Part shown: piece by piece, positions 9,630-20,146 of the stretch
Position numbering within the stretch: position 1 is the stretch's first letter
Layout of the letters: every line of letters starts with the position of its first letter
Assembly (NCBI GenBank): GCA_035650715.1
Contig: DASRHC010000004.1
Coordinates: 85,160 to 149,159, forward strand
DNA from: Candidatus Methylomirabilota bacterium
GTDB lineage: Bacteria > Methylomirabilota > Methylomirabilia > Rokubacteriales > CSP1-6
Length of the DNA: 64,000 nt
Reading direction: 5' to 3'
Translations under genes and position numbers: made by a program
Notes under the pieces: model-generated
The model's input: the letters and a program-made list of their open reading frames with translations, nothing else
Databases searched by the model: none
Told to the model about the DNA's origin: nothing

Positions 9630-10796
9630 ATGACGCCGCCCCTCGCGCCCTACACCGTGATCGATCTCACCCGCGCCCGCTCGGGCCCCACCTGCGTGCG
9701 GCAGCTCGCGGACATGGGCGCGCGGGTGATCCAGATCTCGGCCCGCGAGGACGTGGAGGGCGACTTCCCGCGGCGGGGCTTCGACTCCCAGAACCTCCAC
9801 CGCAACAAGCGCTCGCTCACGCTCGACCTCAAGGCGCCGCGGGGCATCGAGATCGTGCGCAAGCTGGTCAGGACCGCGGACGTGGTGGTGGAGAACTTCC
9901 GGCCCGACGTGAAGACGCGCCTGGGCCTCGACTACGAGACGCTCTCCCGCATCAACCCGCGCCTGGTCTACGGCAGCATCTCCGGCTTCGGCCAGGACGG
10001 ACCGTACCGGGACCGCCCCGGCTACGATCAGATCGCGCAGGGCATGGGCGGGCTCATGTCGATCACCGGGCTGCCCGGCCAGGGCCCGGTGCGGGTCGGC
10101 ATCCCGGTGGCCGATCTCACCGCCGGTCTGTTCCTGGCCCAGGGCATCCTGGTGGCCCTGCTGGAGCGCGAGCGCTCCGGCAAGGGCCAGTGGGTGCACA
10201 CCTCGCTGCTGCAGGCGATGGTCACCATGCTCGATTTCCAGGCCGCGCGCTGGCTGATCGGCAAGGAGATCCCGCCCCAGGCGGGCAACGACCATCCCAC
10301 CGCGATCCCCACCGGGGTGTTCAAGACCGCGGACGGGCACCTCAACATCGCCGCCTCCGGCCAGCACATGTTCAAGCGGCTGTGCGAGGCGCTCGGCACC
10401 GAGGCGCTGCTCGACGATCCGCGCTTCCGCACCGCGCCCGATCGCTCCCGCAACCGGAAGGCGCTCGCGGTCGAGCTGGAGAAGGGCTTCGCCCGGCGCA
10501 CCACCCGGGAGTGGGTGGACCTGCTCAACGCCAAGGGCGTGCCGTCGGGGCCCATCCTCGACATCAAGCAGGTCTACGAGGACCCGCAGATCCGTCACCT
10601 GAAGATGGCGGTGCCGGTGCAGCACCCGGCCCTGGGGGAGCTGATGCTGCAGGCCCCGCCGGTCACGCTCTCACGCACGCCCGGCTCGGTGCGCACCCAT
10701 GCCCCCGACACCGGCGAGCACAACGTCGAGATCCTGACCGAGCTCGGCTACTCCCCCGCCGACATCGAAACCCTGCGCCGGGAGAAGGTCATCTAG
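9630..10796 (+). CDS. CoA-transferase family III (CaiB/BaiF, formyl-CoA transferase-like)
   Basis: 388 aa: LAPYTVIDLTRARSGPTCVRQLADMGARVIQIS, and FRPDV...GLDYE. Confidence 0.85.
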   Translation: MTPPLAPYTVIDLTRARSGPTCVRQLADMGARVIQISAREDVEGDFPRRGFDSQNLHRNKRSLTLDLKAPRGIEIVRKLVRTADVVVENFRPDVKTRLGLDYETLSRINPRLVYGSISGFGQDGPYRDRPGYDQIAQGMGGLMSITGLPGQGPVRVGIPVADLTAGLFLAQGILVALLERERSGKGQWVHTSLLQAMVTMLDFQAARWLIGKEIPPQAGNDHPTAIPTGVFKTADGHLNIAASGQHMFKRLCEALGTEALLDDPRFRTAPDRSRNRKALAVELEKGFARRTTREWVDLLNAKGVPSGPILDIKQVYEDPQIRHLKMAVPVQHPALGELMLQAPPVTLSRTPGSVRTHAPDTGEHNVEILTELGYSPADIETLRREKVI

Positions 10797-10798
10797 CC

Positions 10799-10861
10799 GG
10801 GGTCAGGTCTTACATTCCGACATTTGACGCGTCGCGATGTCGGAATGTAAGACCTGACCCC
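10799..10861. repeat. Inverted-repeat element copy 1. Perfect 25-bp arms GGGGTCAGGTCTTACATTCCGACAT / ATGTCGGAATGTAAGACCTGACCCC with a 13-nt loop.
   Basis: Seen directly. Starts 3 nt after the CaiB-family stop and ends 13 nt before the next gene start. Confidence 0.9.
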
Positions 10862-10874
10862 ATCGGAGAGTCAC

Positions 10875-11666
10875 GTGAGAGAGAACGCGCTGAAGAAGAT
10901 CTGGGCCAAGGGCGAGGCGGTGGTGAACGGCTGGCTGTCGATCCCGAGCGGCTTCTCGGCCGAGGTGATGGCGCACCAGGGCTTCGACTCGCTCACCATC
11001 GACATGCAGCACGGCGTGGTCGACTACCAGGTGGCGGTGAGCATGCTCCAGGGCATCTCCACCCTCGCGGTGGTGCCGCTGGCCCGCGTGCCGTGGAACG
11101 ATCCGGCGCGCCTCATGAAGATCCTCGACGCGGGCGCGTACGGGGTCATCTGCCCCATGATCAACACCGCCAAGGAGGCGGAGGCGATGGTGCGGGCCTG
11201 CAAGTACCCACCGCGCGGCTATCGCAGCTGGGGGCCGGTGCGCGCCTCGCTCTACGCGGGCTCCGACTACGGCGACCACGCCAACGTGGAGACCATCGTG
11301 ATGCCGATGATCGAGACCGCGGAGGCGCTCAAGAATCTGGACGAGATCCTGAGCGTGGACGGCGTGGACGCCATCTACGTGGGCCCGTCCGACCTGAGCC
11401 TGGCCCTGGGCCTCAAGCCGCGCCTGGACCAGACCGATCCCCCGGTGGTGGAGGCCCAGCGGAAGATCGCGGCGGCGTGCCAGCGGCACAACGTGGTGGC
11501 GGGCATCCACAACGCCACCGCGACCTACGCCCTCAAGATGATCGCGGAGGGCTACCAGTTCGTGACCCTCGCGAGCGACAGCCGGCACATGGCGGCCAAG
11601 GCCGCCGAGGAGGTCGGCATCGTGCGCAAGACCGGCACCAAGACGGGCAGGCTCCCGGCCTACTAG
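10875..11666 (+). CDS. HpcH/HpaI-family class II aldolase (2-keto-3-deoxy-sugar-acid aldolase-like)
   Basis: 263 aa starting GTG with a GGAGAG RBS. Has DSLTIDMQHG and MIETAEAL. Confidence 0.85.
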   Translation: MRENALKKIWAKGEAVVNGWLSIPSGFSAEVMAHQGFDSLTIDMQHGVVDYQVAVSMLQGISTLAVVPLARVPWNDPARLMKILDAGAYGVICPMINTAKEAEAMVRACKYPPRGYRSWGPVRASLYAGSDYGDHANVETIVMPMIETAEALKNLDEILSVDGVDAIYVGPSDLSLALGLKPRLDQTDPPVVEAQRKIAAACQRHNVVAGIHNATATYALKMIAEGYQFVTLASDSRHMAAKAAEEVGIVRKTGTKTGRLPAY

Positions 11667-12289
11667 TGCCGGCGCTCCTCGACGACGCGCTGCTGGAGCG
11701 GGCGCGCGCCCACCTGGGGGCCTTCGAGCGCGTGCCCCTGCCCGACGACGGGCGGCGGCGCGCCGCGGTGGCCCAGGTGCTGGTGGCCGACGACGACGGC
11801 CGCGCGTGCTTCCTCATCACCCGGCGCGCTGCCACCCTGCGCAACCACACCGGCCAGTGGGCCCTGCCCGGCGGCCGCATCGACACCGGCGAGACCGCGG
11901 AGGACGCGGCGCTGCGGGAGCTGCGCGAGGAGGTCGGCCTCACCCTGGAGGCGGGCGCGGTGCTGGGGCTGCTCGACGACTACGGCACGCGCTCCGGCTA
12001 CATCATCACGCCGGTGGTGGTGTGGGGCGGCGCGGTGGGCGCGCTGGTGCCGAACCCGGCCGAGGTGGCCAGGGTCTTCCGGGTGCCCCTCGACGATCTC
12101 GAGGGCCCGGACGTGCCCCGGCTCGTCTCGATCCCGGAGTCGGATCGCCCGGTCATCCAGCTCCCGCTGCTCGGCACGCTGATCCACGCGCCGACCGCGG
12201 CGGTCGTCTACCAGATGCGCGAGGTCGTCGTCCACGGACGGCCCACGCGCGTGAGTCACTTCGAGCAGCCGGTGTGGGCCTGGCGGTGA
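11666..12289 (+). CDS. NUDIX hydrolase, CoA pyrophosphatase-like
   Basis: GTG start overlaps the aldolase stop (TAGTG), in frame with ORF 10190..12289. Nudix box GGRIDTGETAEDAALRELREEVGL. Confidence 0.75.
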   Translation: MPALLDDALLERARAHLGAFERVPLPDDGRRRAAVAQVLVADDDGRACFLITRRAATLRNHTGQWALPGGRIDTGETAEDAALRELREEVGLTLEAGAVLGLLDDYGTRSGYIITPVVVWGGAVGALVPNPAEVARVFRVPLDDLEGPDVPRLVSIPESDRPVIQLPLLGTLIHAPTAAVVYQMREVVVHGRPTRVSHFEQPVWAWR

Positions 12290-12318
12290 GCGCCGGGCGT
12301 CCCGGGCGGAGGAGCGGC

Positions 12319-13107
12319 ATGGGCGTTCTCGACGGGCAGGTCGCGATCATGACGGGCGGCGGCAGCGGCATCGGCCGCGCGGCGGCGCTGATGCTGGCCG
12401 CCGAGGGCGCGCAGGTGGTGGTGGCGGGCCGGCGCAAGGCGCCGATCGAGGCGGTCGCGGCCGAGATCGCCCGCGCGGGCGGCCGCGGGATCGCGCGCGT
12501 GTGCGACGTGGAGAAGCCCGCGGAGGCGCGCGGCCTCGCGGAGTGGACCATCGGCCAGTGCGGCCGCGTCGACATCCTGGTCAACAACGCGGGGCACTCG
12601 AGCCGGGCCCGCAACATCCGCTGGGTCGGCCAGGAGGAGTGGGACAGCGTGCTCGCGGTGAACCTGACCGGGGTCTACGCGCTCACCCAGGCGGTGCTGC
12701 CCGGCATGATCGAGCGCGGGGGCGGCACCATCATCACGGTCAGCTCGCTGGCCGCGCTCAAGCCCGGGCTGATCGGCGGGGCGCCCTATGGCGCCGCCAA
12801 GGCCGGGGTGCGGAACCTGATGGGCCACGTCCACACCGTGCTGCGCGAGAAGGGCATCCGCGCGACCACCATCATGCCCGCCGAGGTCGACACCCCGATC
12901 CTCGACAACCGCCCCCTGCGGCCCGACGCGCAGGCCCGGGCGACGATGATGCAGGCCGAGGACGTGGCGCGCGCCATCCTGCTCTGCGCCACCCTGCCCC
13001 CGCGCACCGTGATCGAGGAGATCGTGATGAGCCCGACGATCCTGCGGGATCAGTCCGCGGACATCCGGATCGCGCGCGACGAGGGGGCGCCGCCGGGGGC
13101 GCGGTAG
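12319..13107 (+). CDS. SDR-family oxidoreductase
   Basis: Starts MGVLDGQVAIMTGGGSGIGRA inside ORF 11806..13107. Has NNAG, YGAAKAG and GIR motifs. A GGAG lies upstream. Confidence 0.85.
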   Translation: MGVLDGQVAIMTGGGSGIGRAAALMLAAEGAQVVVAGRRKAPIEAVAAEIARAGGRGIARVCDVEKPAEARGLAEWTIGQCGRVDILVNNAGHSSRARNIRWVGQEEWDSVLAVNLTGVYALTQAVLPGMIERGGGTIITVSSLAALKPGLIGGAPYGAAKAGVRNLMGHVHTVLREKGIRATTIMPAEVDTPILDNRPLRPDAQARATMMQAEDVARAILLCATLPPRTVIEEIVMSPTILRDQSADIRIARDEGAPPGAR

Positions 13108-13138
13108 GCCGAGACCGCGGAGGTGCCCGGGGCCGGAT

Positions 13139-13606
13139 TCACCGGCCCAGCGAGGCCTGCTGCACGCGGTTGCGGAAGCCGATGGGGTCGCGCACGCGGC
13201 GGAAGACCTCGCGGGCCCCGCCGGTGCCGGTCACGATCAAATCGCCGAAGCCCAGCATGCGGCCGATCAGCCCTTGCTGGATGCCGATGCTCTCCACCTT
13301 GGAGAGGAGCAGCTCGGTGGTGTAGCGCGAGATGAGCCCCACCTTGAGGATGAGGCGGCTGGTGGTCACCGCGAACTCGGAGGTCATCAGCTCCACGTAG
13401 TGCACCAGCGCCCAGGCGGCCCCGATCACCACGACGCCCGCGCCGATCAGCCAGATCCAGGGCGGATCCTGCACCGGCCGCAGCACGACGGCGAGCGCGA
13501 TCCCCGCGATGATCACCAGGGCCGGCCGCAGGAAGAGGATCCAGTGCAGCCGCGTCTTGTACACGACGCGCTCCCCCTCCAGCAGGTGCCGCTCCACGTA
13601 CCCCAC
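13139..13606 (-). CDS. Membrane protein with bacterial PH domain (DUF304 / YdbS-like)
   Basis: 155 aa with two TM helices followed by a PH-like region. Confidence 0.7.
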   Translation of the reverse strand: MGYVERHLLEGERVVYKTRLHWILFLRPALVIIAGIALAVVLRPVQDPPWIWLIGAGVVVIGAAWALVHYVELMTSEFAVTTSRLILKVGLISRYTTELLLSKVESIGIQQGLIGRMLGFGDLIVTGTGGAREVFRRVRDPIGFRNRVQQASLGR

Positions 13607-13622
13607 GCGCCCAGCCTAGCGC

Positions 13623-13706
13623 GGGGTCAGGTCTTACATTCCTACATTTTCGGCGGCGGGGCGGCGGGGGGCGGAAGAGAAATGTCGGAATGTAAGACCT
13701 GACCCC
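13623..13706. repeat. Inverted-repeat element copy 2. 25-bp arms (one mismatch in the left arm) with a 34-nt GC-rich loop.
   Basis: Seen directly. Overlaps the 3' end and stop codon of the gamma-CA-like gene and lies 17 nt upstream of the PH-domain gene start. Confidence 0.9.
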
Positions 13707-14208
13707 GGTAGTCGCGGTGCCAGAGGTCGAGGTACTCGGTGGCGTTGCGGGCGATGTCGTCGAGCTCCTCCTGGCTCATCTTGCGCACCGGCTTGGCCGG
13801 GACGCCCATGACCAGCCAGCCCGACGGCACCACCTTGCCCGGCGGGACCACCGCGCCCGCCCCCACCTGCGCCCACTCCTCGATCACCGCGCCGGTGAGC
13901 ACCACCGCCCCGATGCCGATGCGCACGTTGTCCATCACCCGGCAGGCGTGCACCACCGCCCGGTGGCCGATCGTCACGTTGGCCCCCACGATGCACGGGA
14001 ACTGGGGCGTCACGTGCAGCACCGAGTTGTCCTGGACGTTGGAGTTGCGACCGAGCACGACGTAGTTGTCCTGGTCGCCCCGCAGCACGGTGAAGGGCCA
14101 CACGCTCGCGCCCGCCTCGATCGTCACGTCGCCGATGACCTGCGCGGCCGGATCCACGTAGGCCTCCGGGTGCACCCGCGGCGTCCGCCCCGGCACCGAG
14201 CGGATCAC
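13642..14208 (-). CDS. Gamma-carbonic-anhydrase-like hexapeptide-repeat protein (PaaY/CaiE family)
   Basis: GTG start overlaps the crotonase stop (GTGA). Reads MIRSVPGRTPRVHPEAYVDPAAQVIGDVTIEAGASVWPFTVLRGD... The C-terminal tail [20 protein letters not shown] and the stop are encoded by the inverted-repeat element. Confidence 0.8.
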   Translation of the reverse strand: MIRSVPGRTPRVHPEAYVDPAAQVIGDVTIEAGASVWPFTVLRGDQDNYVVLGRNSNVQDNSVLHVTPQFPCIVGANVTIGHRAVVHACRVMDNVRIGIGAVVLTGAVIEEWAQVGAGAVVPPGKVVPSGWLVMGVPAKPVRKMSQEELDDIARNATEYLDLWHRDYRGQVLHSDISLPPPAAPPPKM

Positions 14209-14987
14209 CGGCCGCTCCAGCGCGCGGGGCGCTTGTCGAGAAAGGCCCGCACGCCCTCGTGGAAGTCGGCGCTGGTGTAGGTCCACGCGATCAGATCCTC
14301 GTCCTCGGGGAGCGCCCGGCTGCGCGCCAGGCGCCGGATGGCCTCCTTGGTGACCGCCAGCGTGATCGGCGCGTGCTCGGCGATCTGCCGGGCCAGCGCG
14401 GCCACCCGCGCCGCGATGTCCTCCGGCGGCACGATCTCGTGGACGTAGCCGGCCGCGCGCGCCTCCTCGGCCCCGAGCAGACGCGCGGTGAAGAGCAGCT
14501 CGGTGACCCGCGAGGGCCCGAACACGTCCACCAGGCGCGCGTAGGCCGCCATCGACAGGCAGTTGCCGAGCGTGCGGGCGATGGGCGCGCCGAACCGGGC
14601 GTCGGGCGTGGCCACGCGGATGTCGCACGCGGTCGCGATCCGGAAGCCGCCGCCCACCGCGACGCCCTCGATCTGGGCGATCACCGGCTTGTTCACCGAC
14701 TCGAGCCGCGCGATGCGGCGATCGCCGTCGCGCTCGTAGGCGATGCCGTCCTCGGCGCGCTCGAACACCTGGAACTGGCTGATGTCCGTGCCGGCCACGA
14801 ACGCCTTGCCGCCCGCCCCGCGGAGCACCAGCACCCGGACGGAGTCGTCGGCGTCGACCTCCTCGCACACCTGGTAGAGCCGGTCGTACATCGCCCACGT
14901 CATGGCGTTGCGCGCGGCGGGCCGGTTGAAGGTGAGCGTCATCACCGGCCCCTCGCGGGTGACCAGCGTCTCGTCTTGCGTCGGCAC
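14205..14987 (-). CDS. Enoyl-CoA hydratase/isomerase family protein (crotonase)
   Basis: GTG start with a GGGAGG RBS 8 nt upstream. Reads MPTQDETLVTREGPVMTLTFNRP, with AFVAGTDISQF and VAVGGG. Confidence 0.85.
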   Translation of the reverse strand: MPTQDETLVTREGPVMTLTFNRPAARNAMTWAMYDRLYQVCEEVDADDSVRVLVLRGAGGKAFVAGTDISQFQVFERAEDGIAYERDGDRRIARLESVNKPVIAQIEGVAVGGGFRIATACDIRVATPDARFGAPIARTLGNCLSMAAYARLVDVFGPSRVTELLFTARLLGAEEARAAGYVHEIVPPEDIAARVAALARQIAEHAPITLAVTKEAIRRLARSRALPEDEDLIAWTYTSADFHEGVRAFLDKRPARWSGR

Positions 14988-15087
14988 GGCGTGCGCCTCC
15001 CGTTGCTCGTGATGGTGCCGCGTGGGTCGCCGCATCGTATCACCTTCCCGCGCACGGCCGCCCCGACCCTCGCGTTAGCATGGACGG

Positions 15088-15789
15088 ATGACGCGCCCCG
15101 CCGGCCTCGTGCTCGACTACGGCAACGTGCTGACCCTCCCGCAGGACGAGACCTTCATGGCGGATGCGGCGCGCCGCCTCGGCGTCGAGCCCGACGCCTT
15201 CCGCGAGGCGTACTGGCGCCACCGTCACGCCTACGACGCCGGTCTGCCCGCGGCCGCGTACTGGCGCCGCGTGGTGGCGGACGTGCGGCCGGGCGGCCCG
15301 ACGCTCGACGATCCCGCGTGGCTGATCGCGGCCGACGTCGCCTCGTGGACGATCTACCACGAGGCGGTCTGGAGCGTCGCGGCCGCGTTCCGGGCCGCGG
15401 GCGGGCGCACCGCGCTGCTCTCCAACAGCGGGCCCGAGGTCATGGCGCGCGTGCGCGCGGAGCGCGACCTCGAGGCGCGCTTCGACGCGGTGATCGTCTC
15501 CTGCGAGGTGGGGCTGGCCAAGCCCGACCCCGCCATCTTCCATCTGTGCCTGGACCGGCTGCGGCTGCCCGCCCGCTCGGTGCTCTTCGTGGACGACCGC
15601 GCCGACAACATCGAGGGTGCCGCGCGCGTCGGGCTGCGGACCCTGCACTTCGACGCGCCGGGCGCGGTGGACCGACTGCGCGCGGCGCTCGGCCAGGCTG
15701 CCGGTCGGTCGCACGTTCCCCAGGCTGGGAAATCCCCTTCTGGCCATGGGCCCGGCACTTCAGGCGCAACCTTTGCGGGCGACCCCTAA
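15088..15789 (+). CDS. HAD-superfamily hydrolase
   Basis: 233 aa: LVLDYGNVL, LLSNSGPE, LFVDDRADNIEGA. Confidence 0.8.
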   Translation: MTRPAGLVLDYGNVLTLPQDETFMADAARRLGVEPDAFREAYWRHRHAYDAGLPAAAYWRRVVADVRPGGPTLDDPAWLIAADVASWTIYHEAVWSVAAAFRAAGGRTALLSNSGPEVMARVRAERDLEARFDAVIVSCEVGLAKPDPAIFHLCLDRLRLPARSVLFVDDRADNIEGAARVGLRTLHFDAPGAVDRLRAALGQAAGRSHVPQAGKSPSGHGPGTSGATFAGDP

Positions 15790-15897
15790 GTGGCCGTCGG
15801 GCAATCGATGATTGCCTGGTCCGGCTCTTGCGTTTCAGGCCCGCCATCGTGGCAGGCGCGGCCGCGAGCCACGCCACTTCCGACGGGGGGACGACGC

Positions 15898-16377
15898 ATG
15901 AGGCGATGGGGCATGGTGCTGGTGGTCGGCGGCGCGCTGGCGCTCCTGGCCGGGCCGGCGGCGGCGCAGTGGCGGTACACGGACGACGAGGGGAAGAGCC
16001 GCGTCACCCAGTACAAGATCGACATCCCGAAGCACCTGCGCGACGGCGCGGAGTGGATCGGCCCGGTCGGGCCGGGCAAGCCGGGGCTCAGCGCGGAGCA
16101 GAAGCAGAAGGCCCAGCGCGAGGAAGCCAACCGCCGTCTCATCGCCGCGGAGGCCGGACTGATCGGCTACCGCCACCTCCCGCCTCCGGCGCGGCCCGCT
16201 CCGGACCGCGGGGGCCCCGACCGGATCCTGGCCACCATGTGCATCGCCGGCCAGCAGCGGGTGATGACCTCGCCCGGTAGCTGGAAGGTGGTCGGATCCT
16301 GCTCCTCCGACTTCTCGACGGGCTACGTGGGGGGCTACCCGACCCTCGGGGGCTGGGGCGGCTACCCCACGCACTGA
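15898..16377 (+). CDS. Secreted hypothetical protein (DUF4124-like)
   Basis: Signal peptide MRRWGMVLVVGGALALLAGPAAAQ followed by WRYTDDEGKSRVTQY. Confidence 0.55.
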   Translation: MRRWGMVLVVGGALALLAGPAAAQWRYTDDEGKSRVTQYKIDIPKHLRDGAEWIGPVGPGKPGLSAEQKQKAQREEANRRLIAAEAGLIGYRHLPPPARPAPDRGGPDRILATMCIAGQQRVMTSPGSWKVVGSCSSDFSTGYVGGYPTLGGWGGYPTH

Positions 16378-16413
16378 TCGGCACCCGGACGCGGGGCGGT
16401 CCGACGCGATCGG

Positions 16414-16968
16414 CTAGATCTTGAAGCGCGCGCGGATCTCGTCGGGCCGCTCCGAGTAGGGCGGGATCGCCTCCCGGGGATCGAACGCGATTTCCACCAC
16501 GATCGCGGCGGGACTTCCCGCCCGGCGGGCGGCGGCGAGGGCCTCGCGCAGCGCGGCCGGATCGCCCACGGTGGCGACGTGGCGCAGGCCCGCAGCCCGC
16601 GCCAGCCCGGGCCAGTCCACCGCCACCGGCGGCAGCGCCTGCCCGCCGGAGGACTCGTAGCGCCCGTTCACCCAGAGCAGCACCGTGAGGTTCGGCGGGG
16701 CCGCCGCGGCCACGGTGGCGAGCACGTTGGGGCTCATCAACAGGGAGCCGTCGCCCTCCAGGGCCACCACGTGGCGGTCCGGCCGCTGGAGCGCCACGCC
16801 CAGCGCCAGGGGAATCGCCGCGCCCATCGAGTCGCAGAGCGCGAACACCGGGCACGGCACCGTCATGTGCGGCAGGTAGCGCGCGTTCGCGCCGAGGCAG
16901 GAGATCAGCACGTCGGTCGGCGTCAGCGTCGCGACCAGCGCGTCCAGCAGCGGCTTGCGTGGCGTCAC
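16414..16968 (-). CDS. Sulfopyruvate/phosphonopyruvate-decarboxylase-like TPP enzyme, beta subunit (PP-binding domain)
   Basis: GTG start overlaps the alpha-subunit stop (GTGA). Has the TPP-binding motif ALEGDGSLLMSPNVLATVA. Confidence 0.75.
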   Translation of the reverse strand: MTPRKPLLDALVATLTPTDVLISCLGANARYLPHMTVPCPVFALCDSMGAAIPLALGVALQRPDRHVVALEGDGSLLMSPNVLATVAAAAPPNLTVLLWVNGRYESSGGQALPPVAVDWPGLARAAGLRHVATVGDPAALREALAAARRAGSPAAIVVEIAFDPREAIPPYSERPDEIRARFKI

Positions 16969-17455
16969 GCGAGATCCTCCCCGCTGATCAGCAGCACGAA
17001 GGGCCCGCGCGATTCCACGCAGAACTCGACGCCCTGCTTCACCTGCCCCGCCAGATCGCCGCGCCGGTCGGCGTGGGCGTGGGGCAGCCGCCAGGCCCGC
17101 AGCGTCTCCTCGGTGACCCGCCCCTTGGGGGCGTGGTAGTAGACCGGGTCGCGATGGTCCCCGCGCAGCGACACGATGAAGAAGCACGGCAGCCGGTAGA
17201 GCTCGACCAGGCCCGCCAGCACCCCGCCGCAGTTGAGCAGGCCCGCGTTCTGGATCAGCACCGCGCCGCGCCCGCCGGCCAGGTTGGCGCCGCACGCGAC
17301 CGCGACCGCCTCCTCCTCCCGGGCCACGTCGACCGCCCGCAGCCGGGGCGAGCGCCGCACACCCTCCATCAGCCGGCCGATCCAGGTGTCCGGCACCGAG
17401 GCCACCAGCGTGACCCCGGCGGCCTCGAGCCCGGACACGATCTGCTCCACGCCCG

Positions 17456-17459
<4 letters not shown>
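16965..17459 (-). CDS. Sulfopyruvate/phosphonopyruvate-decarboxylase-like TPP enzyme, alpha subunit (Pyr domain)
   Basis: 164 aa, MTGVEQIVSGLEAAGVTLVASVPDTWIGRLMEG. Pairs with the beta subunit, ComD/ComE-like. Confidence 0.75.
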
Positions 17460-18535
<1,076 letters not shown>

Positions 18536-18562
18536 CAGCTCACCGCCCGCCGCTCGAGCCCA

Positions 18563-19339
18563 TCAGCCGCGATGGTGGAGGAACACGCCCCCCAGGTCGA
18601 GGAAGCGGTCGGCGAGCCAGACCACCACGAACGTCACCACGATGAACAGGGTGGAGAGCGCGGCGATGGTGGGATCGGTGTAGTTCACCACGTAGGTGAA
18701 CATGGCCACCGGCAGGATCTCGGTGAGCCGCGTCGAGATGAACAGCGAGACCACGAACTCGTTCAGCGACACGATCACCGCGAACAGCAGCGCCGCCACG
18801 AGCCCGGGGCGGAGCAGCGGCAGGGTCACGCGGCGGAAGGCGCGCCACGGGGTGGCGCCCAGGCTGGCCGCGGCGCGCTCGAGGGTGGGATCGAGGTTGC
18901 GCGCGCTCACCCACACCGAGCGCACCACGAAGGGCAGCACCAGCGCCACGTGGGCCGCGATCAGCACCACCCGGCTCCGGAGGAGGCCGAGCGCGGCGCC
19001 CAGGATGAGGAAGCCGAGGCCGGCGGCCACGCCGGGCACCACCAGCGGCGACAGCAGCACGGTGGACCAGAGCGACGTCCCGCGCCGGCCCCGGGCCAGC
19101 GCGAGCGCGGCCGCGGTGCCGACCGGCATCGCCACCGCCACCGCGCCGAGGGTGACCACCAGGCTGTTCCACATCGCGCGCTGGAACTGCGGGTACGTGA
19201 GCACGTTGACGTACCAGCGCCACGAGAACCCGCTCGGGGGAAACGACAGGATGGCGGTCGGGTTGAACGATACCGCGATCACCACCACCGTGGGCAGGGT
19301 CATGAACGCGACCAGCAGGAGCACCGCGAGGCGGAGCAT
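18563..19339 (-). CDS. ABC transporter permease (PotC-like)
   Basis: Starts MLRLAVLLLVAF inside ORF 18563..19963. Six TM helices. Its ATG overlaps the upstream permease stop. Confidence 0.85.
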   Translation of the reverse strand: MLRLAVLLLVAFMTLPTVVVIAVSFNPTAILSFPPSGFSWRWYVNVLTYPQFQRAMWNSLVVTLGAVAVAMPVGTAAALALARGRRGTSLWSTVLLSPLVVPGVAAGLGFLILGAALGLLRSRVVLIAAHVALVLPFVVRSVWVSARNLDPTLERAAASLGATPWRAFRRVTLPLLRPGLVAALLFAVIVSLNEFVVSLFISTRLTEILPVAMFTYVVNYTDPTIAALSTLFIVVTFVVVWLADRFLDLGGVFLHHRG

Positions 19340-20133
19340 CACGCGCTCCGCGCGGGGCCCGCGGTGAGCCGGCCCACCGCGGCCAGCAGCAGCAGCGTCA
19401 CCGCCAGGGCGAAGACCGCGAAGGCCGCCCCGCCCGGCCAGTTGAAGGAGTCGAGCGCCAGGTCCCGCACCACGTTGGCGATCATCTTCACGCGCCCGCC
19501 GCCCAGCAATTCGGGCGTGGCGAAGGCGCTCAGGGTCCAGGCGAAGACGATGACCGAGCCGGAGACGACGCCCGGCATCGACAGGGGCAGGGTCACCCGC
19601 CAGAACACCCGCGCCGGGCTCGCCCCCAGGCTGGCCGCGGCCCGCTCGTAGACCGGATCGATGTGGCTGATGGCGGCCGCCAGCAGCAGGATCATGGTCG
19701 GCATCGAGAAGTGCACCAGCCCCACCAGCACGCCGCGCGCGGTGAACAGCATGGGGATCGGCCAGGTGACCACCGTGTTGCCCAGCACCAGCACCCACGC
19801 GTAGGTGCGCACGATGGCGCCGGTGAAGAACGGCGCCAGCGTGAGCACGAGCAGGATCGAGCGCGCCCGCGCGCTCCGGGTGCGGGCGAGCAGGTAGGCC
19901 ACCGGATAGGAGGCCACGAGGGTGAGCGCGGTGGTGGCCAGGCTCAAAACCACCGTGTCCCACACCGCGCCCAGGTACTGGCGACTCATGATGCCGGTGA
20001 AGTTGGCGAGGGTGAGCCCGCCGGTCTGCAGCGACCCCGGCACGAACTCGAGCACGCTGTAGCGCAGCAGCGCGCCGAGCGCGGCCGCGAACACCGCCAC
20101 CACGAGCACGGCCGGGGTCAGGAGCAGCCGCAT
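19339..20133 (-). CDS. ABC transporter permease (PotB-like)
   Basis: 264 aa hydrophobic protein, MRLLLTPAVLVVAVF. Confidence 0.85.
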   Translation of the reverse strand: MRLLLTPAVLVVAVFAAALGALLRYSVLEFVPGSLQTGGLTLANFTGIMSRQYLGAVWDTVVLSLATTALTLVASYPVAYLLARTRSARARSILLVLTLAPFFTGAIVRTYAWVLVLGNTVVTWPIPMLFTARGVLVGLVHFSMPTMILLLAAAISHIDPVYERAAASLGASPARVFWRVTLPLSMPGVVSGSVIVFAWTLSAFATPELLGGGRVKMIANVVRDLALDSFNWPGGAAFAVFALAVTLLLLAAVGRLTAGPARSA

Positions 20134-20146
20134 CGGCCGGAGCGCG

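Noticed and set aside
10190-12289. 699-aa plus-strand ORF spanning the aldolase region
   Set aside because: Only the last ~207 codons (the NUDIX hydrolase from the GTG at 11666) are protein-like. The rest is an out-of-frame read-through of the CaiB and aldolase genes.
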